64,000 bases of DNA from Diplonema japonicum (taxonomy: Eukaryota > Protista > Euglenozoa: Diplonemea), in assembly GCA_964019335.1 (NCBI GenBank), contig OZ025709.1, positions 372,001 to 436,000 of the forward strand, in the 5' to 3' direction. Every line of letters starts with the position of its first letter. Positions within the stretch are counted from its first letter, which is position 1. Position numbers and translations under genes: made by a program. The notes under the pieces are model-generated. The model was not told the origin of the DNA. It did no database searches and saw only the letters and a list, made by a program, of their open reading frames with translations. Of this stretch, positions 32,909 through 46,400 are shown in pieces.

Positions 32909-33248
32909 TCAGTACTGAGGTTGAAACGACTGGGCGTTGTTGTAACCCTGGTAGGGCATGGTGGGCTGCTGGGAGATAAGGAGAGGACCCTGCGAAGGAC
33001 CTGTGGGGCCCATGGGCTGTGCGGACTGAACGTGCTTTTCAGCCTGTTTTTTTTTTTTTTTTTTTAAATCTTTTTTGAAGATTTTTTTTCCCCTCCTTAT
33101 ACCTGCTCCTTGGCGTCTCTAAGCTGGTGGGACACATCATCAATCTTGTCAATGTACTCCCTCAACACCTGGATGATGTAAGGCATCGCAAAGTCGTAAA
33201 CATTGTGCCTCCAAGCAAGCTCCAAAGCCACATCAGGCTGGATGTAAC

Positions 33249-33280
<32 letters not shown>

Positions 33281-34431
33281 CCCTTTTCATACTCGTAGCA
33301 TGTGAACAAGCATGCAGAGAAGCACTCCTTGAGGTCATTGTCTGTGAAGAACCTGACCAGGTTCTCGACGACCTTCTTGTCGCCGGACTCTGCGGCGGTG
33401 CTCATGGCGTCCTGGTACAGCTTGTCCCTCTTGGAGAGCTCGATGGCTTGCATGTACTTCCCGTTCTTCTTGTACAGCCACGCCCCGAGCCTCCTCATCT
33501 CAAGGAGATCATGCTGGTCAAGCTCCAGCGCAAGGTCCAGCTGGTCGACCTGATCGTACAGCTCAAGGGACTTCCTGAGGGAGTCGTAGTCCTCCTCCTC
33601 AATGTACAGCCTGTTCAGTGCCGAGTTCACCTTCTTGTGGTTCGCCTCCTGAACGGACTCCAGGTACGGCCTGATGACGATAAGCAGGTGCAACCCTGTC
33701 GCCTTGCTCTTCTGCGTCACCTCTGTGACCACACGCTCCGGGTCCACCCTCTTGATGACTGTGATCAGAAGGTCGTTCACGAGGTCCGGGTGCTCCTCAA
33801 GGTAGAAGCCCACACCGTTGTAGCACAGCTCCAGGGACGAGACTCTGGCGATGGCGTCCTTGAAGATCTCGTGGTCCCACGACAGGACGGAGTGGTCCAT
33901 CATGACGGAGCAGGCTCTGTCCCACTCCTCGTTCTTGCAGTGCACGTACCTGATCTCGGCCCAGTGGTGGTACTGCTCGCACACGGTCACAAGCTTGTGG
34001 GCGTTGAGCCTGTTCTTCCACAGCTTGATGTGCTCCATGAGCTTGTCGTGCTTGTACTTCGCGTACAAGATGCCAAGCTCGGTGAACATCCCGACGTGTG
34101 CCCTCTCGCTGGACAGGCCCTGCTTCAGGAGCCCGATCAGCTCCTCGACCCTCCCGCGTGACTCGAAGAAGAAGATCAACCCGTCAAGCTCGTCGGCTAC
34201 CACAATCACGTGCTGCGCGGCAATAGCAGCAAGCCTGAACTCCTCAGCATCAACACACGCGTAGCACACCTGTGCATTGTGTACATTACTCTTAGCAGCA
34301 TACCTCCTTCCACGTGTCGACAGAGTTGGTCCTTCCTGCAGCGTCAATCGCCAGCTGGAACTGGCCGAGCTTCATGTGCGTCTTGGCCAAGAACGGGAAG
34401 TTCGACACCTAGTAGTAGTGTGTTGTGACGT

Positions 34432-34467
<36 letters not shown>

Positions 34468-37400
34468 ACACCGTGGAGAAGCACAGCTTAGCGGCGTCGT
34501 ACAGCTGCTCCTGGTAGCACCTCTGCCCGACATCGCCCACCTTGGCCAGGTTGGAGTTCTTCAAGAAGTCCTCCAGGTCTGTGAGCCTGTTGGTGATGCA
34601 GTAAGCGTAGCACAGCTCGGTGTCGATGTTCTCGTCTGTTTTTTTTTTTTTTTTTTTTTTTTTCTCTTTCTTTTTCTTTTTTTTTTGTACCTTTCTGCTT
34701 GCTGCCCGATCTCGCCATCACCAGGTACTTGACAAGGTCCGCGTACTTCTCCTTGTCGTTCGATGCCACCACTGCGTTGATGACGGCCTGCGCCTGCGTC
34801 GCGTCGTCAGCCTTGATGAACGAGGAGATCGCAAGGCTCACATCGTCCTTCTGGAGCTCCGCCTTACCCACCTGCGCCCACACCTCGGGGAGGGACACCT
34901 TCTCAGCGAAGTCCCTGGCACGCTCCAGGTTCTGGAGGTCCTGAAGAAGCACCTCAATAGCCTCTGCGTTCATGTTCTCCTTCTTGTAGATGATGAAGGC
35001 CTCCTCGAAGAGACCCGCCTTGCTGGCGATTTCGGCGATAGTCTTGGTGTCGAAGTTGTCGAGCCTCTGGATGTAGTCCATGACCTTGGGGGACGAGGAG
35101 TTGATGGCAGTCAGGATCAGCAGGTTCTGGAGGTATCTGTTGTTCCTGAACTCGGACTTCTCGTCGCCTTGCAGCACGATCTTCTCGAGAAGCGTGGTGA
35201 GGTACTCGGGGAGGTTGGCCTGCATGAAGGCCTTCACGGTCACAGAGACCTCCTCGGCCTTCTTGGCCTCGGGGAGCGCGGTCGCTACGACAGCATCGAT
35301 AAGGCTTTTTCGGTATGGCTCCTGCTCTTCCGTCTCAAGGACGAAGGCCCAGAGCTCGGGGTCCTGGCGGACCACAAGGTAGCGTGCCTGTAGTATTGGT
35401 TAATAAGGACCCACCAGTTTAGTTTAGTTACCTGCTGCTTGAACATTCCGTTGCGGCCGGTCACCTCGATGAGCTCCTTGTCGCACTGGCCTTGCTCGTA
35501 AGCAAGGACGGCCAGGTTGGGGTCGCGGTTCTCACAGTACTTACCCACAATGGTGGGGTCGTACTTCCCAACGTTCTCCGTCAGGAACTGCTTGGCGTTC
35601 TGGTTGGTATCCACGTAGATCTTCGCCAGAGCGTTGTACAGCCCTTGGTCCTGTGTGGTGTTGTTGACTCTTTAATAAAAAAAATATATACCTGGCTGGT
35701 CTGAAGACGGCTCTCCAGCCAGTCCTGCAGCATGCGCAGCCTGTTGCGCTTCTCGACCTCTTCCACGAGCTCCTCGATAGGTGCCATGGATCCAACGGAC
35801 ACAACAAGCTTCTTGATGTAGTCCTCCTGGCACCCGACATCAAGGAGGGACCCCACCACAAGGGGGGTCTTCATGGGGGCTTTCTTCTGGATGTACATGT
35901 CGATGTACGCAAGGTTCTTGGTGTCGTACAGGAAGCGGACCATCTCGTCCATGAAGTTGTGCTTGTCACAGACGTTGATGAAGGGCCACAGGTCCTGCAG
36001 GCGCTTCTCTTTCAGGAAGTTCTTGGTCTTCTCTGCGGGGTAGAAGTCGGACTCTCTGGTCATCCTCTCCACCTCAGCCATCTGACCGACGTTGGCAGCA
36101 GCCTCGATGTACCTGTAGTGAACCTCGGGGTCACTGCAGCCCTCCTGGCTCTGGGCTTTAGGTCTAATGATGGACCACAGGAAGTAGTACAGCGACTCGT
36201 AGTGCTTGAAGCTCAGGAACATGTCCATAAGAGACTCCGCACCGAGGACTTCGTAGTTCTTGATGGCAACCTGCACGCACAGCTTGTAGTTCTGCGCGAC
36301 ATTGTTGGACATCAGCTCGTTGAGGCAAGCAAGGGCGTCCTCCTTCGAGAGGTGCTGGAAGAAGTCGCACAACCACTCCTGGGTGATCACGTGGGTGTTG
36401 ATGATCACCCTCTTCAGGTCCGCGAGGGTGCTCTCCGCGTAGTCCTGGTCACGCTGGTGCTTGTTGTAGTTCTCAAGCGCACGCTGGAACAGCTGGGCAC
36501 GTTCGCACAGCTGCGCCACCTTGAGGGCGTCGTAGTACGAAAGCTTGAACTGCTCGAGGATCTTGTCCGCCACCTGCGGTGGGGAGTACATGAGGTTGAT
36601 CTCGAGCAGTCTGGTCTGCAAGGCACCGTGCTCAGGCTGGTTCTCCTTCAGTACCTCCAGAAGGTAAGCAGTCGCGGGTCTGATGGCGTTCTTGGTGACG
36701 AACATTTCCAGCACCCTGTTGTGGTCCAGAGTGGCGGCGGTGGAGGGCTCCTGGTTCAGCGCCTGTGCGAGCTCCGAGGCGCCCTCAGGGTTGCCCATGG
36801 CGAAGACCTTCTCGAGAAGCTCGATGGAGTCCAAGTTGAGCTCCTTCTCACGCTTCACGTAGTCGAGGATGTTCTTCCAGTCCTTCTGCTGCAGGAGGAC
36901 GTTGATGATCTTCCAATGCGCCTTGCTCTTGAAGTAGATTTGAAGGGCGAGCTGGTGGTCTGCGGGTGCCACAATGTCACCGAGTTCCTCACTTTCCTCA
37001 AGCTTCTTGTCCTCGAGGTACCTCTTCACGAAGTCAATGCCCTGCTGCTTGGTGAGCATCACCTTGGCAAGCTCCACACTTTCATGGGCGTTCAGCTTCG
37101 AGTGCTCCATGATGTACTTGAAGTAGAGGGTCTGGGGTGGCTGGCCACCTGGTGCAACGGGCATGGACTGGAACCTCTGAAGAACCTGGGGGGTCCTCAG
37201 CATCTGCCTGGGTGCCTCGCAGCACAGCTTCACAGCAGGCTCGATCTGGTTGGACTGGATGAGCATGTTGAACCTGCTGACGAACAGCTCGTCGGCTCCG
37301 CCGAGGTCAGCGGACGTGGCGATGCGCACTGCCAGTGCCTGGTTGCCCAGCTTCTGAGCCACCCACTGCACAATGGTGGACTCGTTGATGTGCGCCATCC

Positions 37401-38400
37401 TGACCTCACCCTTTATGTTCACAGAGATCAGACCGCCAGACCCAGTGTCCCCGGTGGAGAGGAAGACGGCAACGCTCTCAGGGGACCCGTTGATCTTCTC
37501 CTGGTGCACCATGGTGCCCGTCTGGACGTCGAGAACGTACACCCAACCGCTCCTGAAGATGATGTAGATCAGACCCTGCTTGTCGTTGGAGTGCATGCCG
37601 ACGGGGAAGTCGCCGGGCTCGTGGATGGGGATGGGCGTGGTGACCTTGTTGAAGGTGCCGGAGACGCTCTGGTTGGGCCTGGGGACCTCGGCGATGAAGC
37701 AGCTGGGAGCATCACCAGTACCGTTCGCAATGCACATGAGGTTGATGGCGGCGGTCGCACCAGGCGGCTTGAACTCGCAGAAGCACACGGCGTGCCCATC
37801 GATGGTACGGGTGACACCCTTGTCAACGGAGAAGAGTTCGATGACACCCTTCCTGCTGGCGTCAGGGGTGATCCCAATGAGGAGGAGCCACTGTGCGTCG
37901 GCGTCCGTTCGGTAGTTCAGGATCTGCGCGTCCTTCTGGTTCCTCTGGAACATGACGACAGGCTCGGCCTCGCCTTCCATGCTCCAATGGTACACAGCGT
38001 TAGGGGTAACAAGCGCAATCTGAACAGGGCTGATCCACTTCATGAACACAACCTGCTCGGGCATCTTGGTGCTCTTCATACGTGCCTTCATGTCGAGGTT
38101 GAAGATCTGGATGTCCTGTCCGTTCCTCAGAGCCAGCACCTTTGACACAGGATTCATGATGGCGGCGTCGGTGGGAAGCATTCTGTGCCTGCTGTTAGGC
38201 TTCACGGCACCGGGGGCAGACAAGTCCACAATGACTATGCTGTTTTGGTCATTCCCCGCGGCGTCCTTCGACACGTCCCTGATGCACACGTATTTATCAC
38301 TCTCCATAGTGATGTTTGTGGGTCTCAGAGATGCAGCGCTTAGCCCGCCATCCACTTGTGTCAGGTTCGTCAGCAGCTTACAAACTAACGGGCCGTCCAT
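32909..38400 (-). CDS. CLTC: Clathrin heavy chain (~1716 aa); 7 introns
   Basis: TMESDKYVCIR, DAAIMNP, VEKRNRL, RAHVGMFTELGILYAKY, PDVALELAW motifs. GT-AG introns 35651-35691, 35388-35431, 34636-34690, 34409-34471, 34270-34303, 33248-33292, 33044-33102. Exons sum to 5151 nt. Confidence 0.97.
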
Positions 38401-38597
38401 GGCTGCGATTTTTAAAAAAAGTTTTTTTTTAAAAGTTTTTTTGTGTTCTATATTATTTTTTTTTGTGTCTGGTAGGTTGATTTTTTTAAAAACAAAAAAA
38501 CAAAGGAAGAAGAAAGAAGAAAAAAAAGGGGGGGGGGCTTTTTCATTCTCCCTGCCCCCATTCCCAGTTGTTTGTTTCTATTAACATTTTACTTTAA

Positions 38598-39967
38598 CCA
38601 TTAAACCCACATGTCATATATATATATGACATAAAAAAAAAAGAAAAAATCTATAGGCCTTTTGGTCAAATTATGACCTTTCTTTCACTTTTCTGACGCC
38701 ATTGCGCGATTTTTTCCACTTTGTTTGGCTAAATGCTGCCCTTTTTCAGCATTATTTTAAGAATTTGAGAGGTCGAAAATCCGGGAAAAAATGATTTTAG
38801 AATGAAGAATACTCGACTGGAGCGAGAGGGCTGGTCGTGAGTGATGAAGAATGCGAAAGAAATGTCAGAAAATGGTAGTTCTGAGTCTAGTAGTACTTGG
38901 GGGGAGGAAAGTGTGGAAGAATTGGAGGAAATGGGGTGGAAAGAGGCAGTGTAATCGAACCAGCAGACGACCCAACAGGGAAGAGCCCTCTCCAGCTTTT
39001 TTATTCGTTTTTTGCACCATACACCCTTCGATGCCTGACAGCATTCACAAACAACCACCTGGAGCGCCGCAAAATCGACAAAAGAGTCACGGAAGCCGAA
39101 ATCCGAGCGTTTCTGGGCCTATGGGTGTTAATGACCTCACCATCCGTCCCAACTTCCGTGACAACTGGAAAACCGATCCTGACTCCATTATGCATACTCA
39201 GGGGTTTGCGCGCGTCATGTCCGGAAACCGGTTTGAGCTGTTCTTTGGAAACATATATCTGTGCAAGGGCCCATCCCGGGACCTGATCGAGATGAGATCA
39301 GCCCGGCATGACAAACTCTACAAGTCCCGCTGGCTGGTTGAAGCTGCGATGCAGCGTTGGGGAAAGGCCTCCCGGACTATCAAGGAACGGGGGCAGGTGA
39401 TGAAAAGGGGAGAGTTCCGTGTGTTCCAACGAAACAGGCCCGGCATGCACTTTTCTTTTGTGGCAGGGAGGAAAGCTTGTGCTTCTCCTGAGCGCACCCC
39501 CTTTCAAGCCAAAGATGACCGCCACTCGTCAAAGATGGGTCAGCAAGGCAAAGAAAAAGTCCAGGGTCGCCTTTCCCATTCCAAAGGTCGTTGAAACCTA
39601 CACCTCTCTTATGGGGGGTGTAGATGGGAACGACGCTGACGCAACACAAAGTAGTCCAAAGCCGCCGAGGTGTGAAACGCAAGCTAAATCTGGGCTAAAA
39701 TAGTGTTACAAGGGGTTTTTAGTGCATTTTATTATTATTTATTTTGCACTTTTTCTACTCCTCTTCCCCCCCTTACCAAAAAGGGTGTTGGGTCAAAAAT
39801 CATAAGTTCAAAAGCCAGTTCAGGGGAACCCTGATACCTGAATGTCTCCAGAGGTCATTTCTCCATAAAAAGAACACTTTGTATGGTTAAATGCTGCCAT
39901 TTTTTTGAATTCTTTGGAATCGCCTCAAAATGGGCTTTTTTCGGTTTTTTGCCTGTGGGCTTAATGG
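38598..39967 (+). mobile_element. Internally deleted piggyBac element (second family)
   Basis: TTAA at 38594-97 and 39968-71. TIR CCATTAAACCCACA / CCATTAAGCCCACA. Transposase relics SPLQLFYSFF, EIRAFLGL, VMSGNRFE, PKVVETYTSLMGGVD. Confidence 0.88.
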
Positions 39968-40013
39968 TTAAAAAAAAAAAACTTTTTGTTTTCCCCTCTT
40001 TCCATCTCTTCCC

Positions 40014-40166
40014 CTAGTAGTTCAAATCGCAAAACTGAGCCACCCCTCGTTTAATCCAGTGTGCAGCGGGGAGGGAAGTAGGCATCTCAACCGTGATGAC
40101 GAAGTTGGTGGAGTGCCCTGTGGTGGACAAGGCTCCTGCACGGGTCAGGGTTTTGTAGAGCTGTGT

Positions 40167-40205
<39 letters not shown>

Positions 40206-40345
40206 TGTGTGCTGTCATACCGGGCATCTATAGATCCCTGGAGTTGCTTCTGTTGCCTTCGTCTTCCCAGTGACGCATTCCATCCAAAAGACCGGCATGG
40301 ACTCAAACAAAGATTTGGGGTGAGATTCTGCAATCGATCCGGCCT

Positions 40346-40403
<58 letters not shown>

Positions 40404-43400
40404 CTTCCTTCTATTGTACACATACCTCCCCATCCCACCGAGCACCCTCTATGAAGGTACCGTTGCAATAGCAACCACTTTCAGGCGACTGCTTAAGTTG
40501 TTCAGGGGGGTCATTTAGGAATTTGAAGCCGAACACAACCTTTTTTTTTTTTTTTTTTTTTAAATTTCCCCTTTCCCAAACACACCGTGTCGATCGGAAT
40601 TTTGTGGGATCTCGCGTAGTTCTGCAGGTTGCCCGTTAGGAAAGCTTGAGGGAAGAAGAACCCGGAGATCCAATACACGATTTGTTTCCCATCCTTGTAC
40701 CAACTTTCAATCATTTTAAGACGATTGGCCAGGTTGGCCACCCACGACGCAAGCGGCTTAAGTGAAGGGTAAGCCTTCGCAGCCCAAGCCGAGGGAACAG
40801 TGTTAATGAACAGTGACTGGTACACTTCGTCCAGCTCACCGGACATGACAACAAGCCCCTTGACCGCCTTCTGCAGCTCGGTGAGGGATTTTCTGACTTC
40901 TTTAATGAGTTTGTTGAATCTGGTGGCCTCCTGTGTCAGGACCGTGTTCATGGCCTCGAAGTAGTCGGTGGGGTACTTGGTTGCAAATTCATCCTCGTTG
41001 AACGGCTCTCGAATTTTCTCAAGGATATCTTTCGCGAGGTCTGAGACGACTTCATCAGCGCTCTTACCACCACCACCGCCGCCACCGCCCCCTCCTCCGC
41101 CTTGCTGCGTCTGCAGGATGGTAGCGAGTGTGCTGTACGCCTCTGTTCTTGCAGATGTGATATCTGCGTTTTCATGCAAGCCGTACAGCTCGGGCATCGT
41201 GTTCAACGGCCATTCTGAAATGTAATCCAAGTACCCCGCTTGGTCTGTTGTCGGTATGCTCGTGTATAGCCCAGATTCGGAGAATTTGAAGCCGTCTTGC
41301 ATGATACCCTCGCTGACAAAACTGCTTATCGCAGTCATAAGGTATCTGCGGTCCCATTCGTCTGTGACCCTGCCTCCGTAGTGGATGTCGCCGCTGAGCG
41401 TCATGATGACCTTGTAAGGGACCTCGGTGTACTTGTCCAGGAACATTTGGATCTGATCGATGCAGCAGTTCAGGTCGCCCGTTGTGAACTCGTAAGCGAT
41501 GTTCCACCCCAACGGGCCGAATTTTCTTCGTTCCTGAATGGACGCGTGGAAGAAACACAGCGAGAAGACTAGCTTCCGGAACTCCTTTGTCTTGCTGCAC
41601 TTTGTGAAGTACTCGTCGCTCCACTGCGACAACGAACGCGAGACGTTCGCAGTCATCCCCTTAGGTGGCTCGTTGGTCATCTTGATCCCGTTCTGCAAAA
41701 TCGAAACGGGGAAGTGTTTATTCGGCATAGATGTTAGCCATAAACGGAAGTTGGGGTGAACGCCTTCTCCGAACCCTTCAACCAAACGCTCTAGCCCGGG
41801 CATCCAAGATGTTGCCAAGTGACAGTTTTGTAACAGAACCCACCGTCCGTTCTCCACACCATCTTTGACCAAGCGTTCGGCCTTGACACCTTGACCTTGA
41901 CCCAACGAGATGGGGTCGATCTTGCCAGCCATACGCATTGTGTTTGCGAGTTTCATGAAGTCCGCCAATGGATCAGCACCTTGGCTGAGGACGAAGATCA
42001 ACGGTGTCAAGCAAGAGCTGTCTTTGAAGGACTTCTCCAGATCGAACGGAGGCGGTTTGATGAACTGTTCTCCAAGGTGTTCTGACACGAAGTCCTGCAC
42101 GCCTTGCATCATCTTATCCGGCCGCATACACCGCAAGATTATTAGCTTTTGGAAACGGTTCAGATTGTCGTCCCACTCTCCAGCGAGGGGCTCGCGGTGG
42201 GGTGTCGAACACATGAAATAATTGTTGTAGTGCTGCAGGTTTTTGACAAGCGACGCGTCGAAACCTTTGAAAGCAGGGAGCTCACAAGATACAAACGATA
42301 TGTCACGCCACATCTGCTCCGAGACCCACGCAGCATCGGGCTTCGGAAGCTGTTGTTTGTCAGAAGACGTTCCTGACAGGATGAACCGCCACTCCGCCTC
42401 ATCGATTAGATCATCGCCTTGAAGAATCTTTATACACAGGATGAACGAGAATAGTGTCTTATGCTTCTCGAACAAGGACCTGTTGATGTTCAAATAAAAG
42501 GACTCCGTGAAATATGTCTTCAACATGCTTAGTCTTAACGCAAGCTGCTCGTCTTCCCCAAGATCGGGGTCAGGTGTTGGTGAGGCCTCAACCGCACTCA
42601 AAAACAACGCTGTGAACCATTGCAGGGAATACTGGTACATAGGGTCCACCTGTGACAGGTCCGTGCAGCAGAAGTACAGGACAGAGGAGTGGAATGCGAC
42701 TGGGCGGTACCCTTCTCTTGCCACGTCGATGCCTTTTTCCGCGACCTCTGCCTCTTCCACAGCGATGTTGATCTCGAGGGATTTCTGCTTCGAGACTTGC
42801 AGATATGTGATCAAGCTCTCGTCCTCTAAAATGTCCCCCGTTACCTCCGACAGCATCTTCAAGATCGTCGACTGTATGCCGAACAGTTCCTTCTTCATGT
42901 CGGCGTTCTTCTGCACCAGCGATGCTTTCTGCGCTTCTAGATCTGCCCGTTCCTTCGCCACAAGACACCCAAGCAGCTGCTCCTCCAATCCATTTGTGGT
43001 GATGAAGAAGTTCAACAGCGTTACCTTCACCTGCACTTCAGGGATGTAGTGCGGGTTCTTGTCCTTTGTCGTCATGAAGAACTTGAAGTCGGGGTTCCAA
43101 GGGATCTGTAGGTTTTTTTTTGTTTTTTTTTTGTTTTTTTTTTTTTTTTTTTTTTTTTTTGTTCACACACCGGTGATTCGCCAATCTTGATCATCTCCTG
43201 CCCGCCTTGTAAAAACTTCTGCTGCAACAGCAGTGGATCCAATGCTGAATCCAACTCTTCTGTCACGTTCTCCAACAATACGGGACGGCCTGGTGTGTGT
43301 GTGTGTGATTCCCCCCCCTTCTTCTTCTCTTCTTCCCCTTTATAAACATACCATTCCTGATGCCCGTCTCGATCCTTCTGACGATGTCTTTGGCACCCAC

Positions 43401-46400
43401 TTTCAGAATTTCGAGAGAGTCCTTGTAGGCCTGGCGGATCCATTTGTTGGCCTGCTGCTGCGGGTCGATGCAAAGCGGCCACCTCTTTGCCTTCTGCAGA
43501 ATGATGCCGTTTTCCATCGAAACCTGGTCCGAAGGGAGCCCATTGATGGACCACTGCCGCATGGCAATGGGGTCGGAGATGGTGTGGTACACAGAGGTCT
43601 TGGCAGAGTGCACGATCTCGAGTCTGTCCAGCTGGTGGTTCCACTGGTCGAGGAGCTCTTGTCGGAAGGATGCTGTGAAGGGCCCTGCGTAGGAGACCTG
43701 TCCTGATGCGCACAGCACGTCGCCGATCAGTGTTTTCTCCTTGGCCTCCATGCGCTGGACGGTTTCTTGCCAGTTTTTCTTCTCCCCGGCAAGCCCGTCG
43801 ATGAGCTTGGCAGCACGCTCCAGCTTCACCTCCGTGTTCTCTACATCCCTCTGAAGTTGTTCCTGTTCTCTTTCTTTCGTTACTTTTTTGTCGGTCAGCT
43901 CTGCGAGCTTGTCCTCCACATCCTTCAGCCTCTGCCGTGCCTGGTCCAACCTCTCCGTCACCAGGGAGAGCTCTTCCTCAGCAGCTGCGAGCGCTACTTT
44001 CTTCGGTGCGACCTCTCTCGCTGTGTGGTGGTATGTCACCATCGCCCTCACCCAGCAGCACATCGCTGCTGCTGCCTTTGAGCCCTTCTTCTCCACCACA
44101 TCCGGTGTGAAGTCGTCACCCAACGAGATCAGCTCCTTCTCGACCTTCTCTACTGTCTTGTCGGGGATCTCATCTCTCTTGTAGTTCAGCAGGTCCTGCA
44201 GCACCTGTCCCGGGTTAGCAAGCCGCGCCTTTGCCTTTGGCCAGTAGTCTTCTTCCTTCTTCTTCCCTGCTTCACCCACCATCGCCGGGGCGTCTTTGAA
44301 CATGATGCACACCCCCTTCATCGTGAGCTTCACCCCGATAGGGGGGTTCGGGTAACTACCAACTTCCGCGATTTCCTTCTTCTGAAGGGTACTTAAGATC
44401 TTGAGGGACTCGTCGAGTGCCGGTAACGCCACGGCAAGGATCGCCTGTGCCGAGTCACGGATCTGACCGACCTTCTCTGCCTTGTCCTTTGCGGCCTGTT
44501 CGTCTGCGAAGGCAGCGCTACGTGTCTCGTCGGCCAGTTTAGTGTCGATGGTGATCTTCTGGAGGAGCGCCTCAATCTGCGTCTGCGCCTCTGCCAGCTT
44601 CGGTTGACTGATGCGTAGGCTGTTCTGCAGATCTGCAACCTTAAGCTCCGTGTCGGCCAACTTGTCCAGACCGTTAATCATCCTGATCTTGGTCGTGTTG
44701 ATGAGGCCACGTTGCTCTGCCATCACCGACTTGAAGGTGTTGAGCAGTTCAAGATACGATGTGGGAGTTACGTACACGTAGCGCTTCATCTGGTTCTTGA
44801 ACTTATCGCTGATAGTTTCAACAGACTGGTGCATGAAGACGCACATCTGGATACACTTGGCTTGATCCTTCACAGAGATGCCCTCCACTTGCGTGAAGAA
44901 TTCCCTCGCAACGGAGTGCAATGCCTGCTCCGGCCACGCAGCGAACCAGTCGATGGTGCAGCAGTTCACCAGAGCAGGGAACTTCCTGAGCCTGTTTCTA
45001 AACGGCTCACCCAGCGGGCTCATGCAGATGGACATGTGCAGGTTCTGCTTCACGAATCTCTGGAACCTCATGTACATCGATGTCTTCGTGACGGGGAGGC
45101 CTTCTTGCGTGCAGATGGACTTCATTGAGTGGTTTATCTCGTCCAGTTCGCTCTGCTCGAACAGGTTGGGCACTTCACCTGAGTTCAACAAGTTGTTGAT
45201 GTCCTCCAAGAATTGCTCGAGGATGATCTGCGTGTCCGTCACGAGGAACACGGTTGGTTTCGCTTCCTGTCCCACCCCGGCCGCCTGTTGGAGCACAATC
45301 TTCTCGTCGTCTCTCCAAGATTTCAGGTCGTACCCCTTTGTGATCTCCACTTGGAACACTTCGTATTCATTGACGAAAGAAGCCAGTTTGGTGAGCGACT
45401 GCCTTCCGCTTCCGCCCACACCTAGCAGCAGAGCGTGTCCACCGGGCTTCCTGATGATACGAACGATGCGCGAGACATGCTCAATGGCGTCGAGGAACAT
45501 GACGAGGGGCATCTGCTTTTGTGACTGTTCGTTGTACTCCTCTAAGTAGCCTTCCATTACAGATGCTAATTGCGTCAAATCTTCGATCTCATCGTAGGTA
45601 CGTGCTTCCGCCTGGGGGTTCATGTAGTCCCCGAAGATGAGGCGCTCGTCAGTCGGGAAAAGCTCCTTCCACTTCAGTTTGAAGAACTTCTGCACCTGCC
45701 GCTTAAGCAGGTCGTCGAACCAGGCACGGTCAAGATCGTCCACAAGACGGTCGCGGAACACCCGCTGGCACTCATGCAGCCACATCTTGATGAGCTGTGG
45801 GCCTTCTTTGACACACTTTTGATCGGCGGACAACAGCCCTTGGAACACCTTGGCAATATCTCTCAAGTTGAAAGTGTAGTGGGGCTTAGAGGGTCTCGGG
45901 AGGATCTCATCGCATATCGTGCGGTAGATCTCAATGGAGGAGTCGACGATCTCAGAGGACTTCGCCTTGACGTCATCGGGGAAGGGGGAGAGGAAGGCGT
46001 TCAAGATGCTGTGGAAGATCTTCTTCATGTTGTCGTTGTCAATGTCGGGGAAGGAGATGAAGTTGAAGTGCCGCAGGAATCTGTTTGTCACAACCTGTCT
46101 CCCGCCACCTGCGGGGCCGCACGACGCAATGAACGCAATGTCGATTATCTGGTAGAACTCACGCGCCTTCCTGTCGTACCACCCCCCGTAGTCCATCCAT
46201 TGCCGGAGAAGCTCGATAGGCGGCTGGGCTCCGTACTGCTCCCTCTGCGGCATGTTCAGATCGTCAACAAAGATCGTCATGCGCCGTCCTTGCTGCGCGC
46301 CATAAATCAACGGCTTCTTCTTCCTCCTGTCGAATCTCGAAAAGAGGAGATCTTGTGTCTGATTCGCACTAGTTTGCGCCGAGAAAGTGATGAAGCAAGG

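Noticed and set aside
33248-33292. Apparent poly-Lys insertion in clathrin ([15 protein letters not shown])
   Set aside because: It is a 45-nt stop-free GT-AG intron; removal restores CYDYIQPD.
35959-38145. 728-aa plus-strand ORF (and similar ones at 33127..34161, 34620..35393, 45570..46436)
   Set aside because: Antisense shadows of GC3-rich clathrin and dynein coding sequence; no domain signal.
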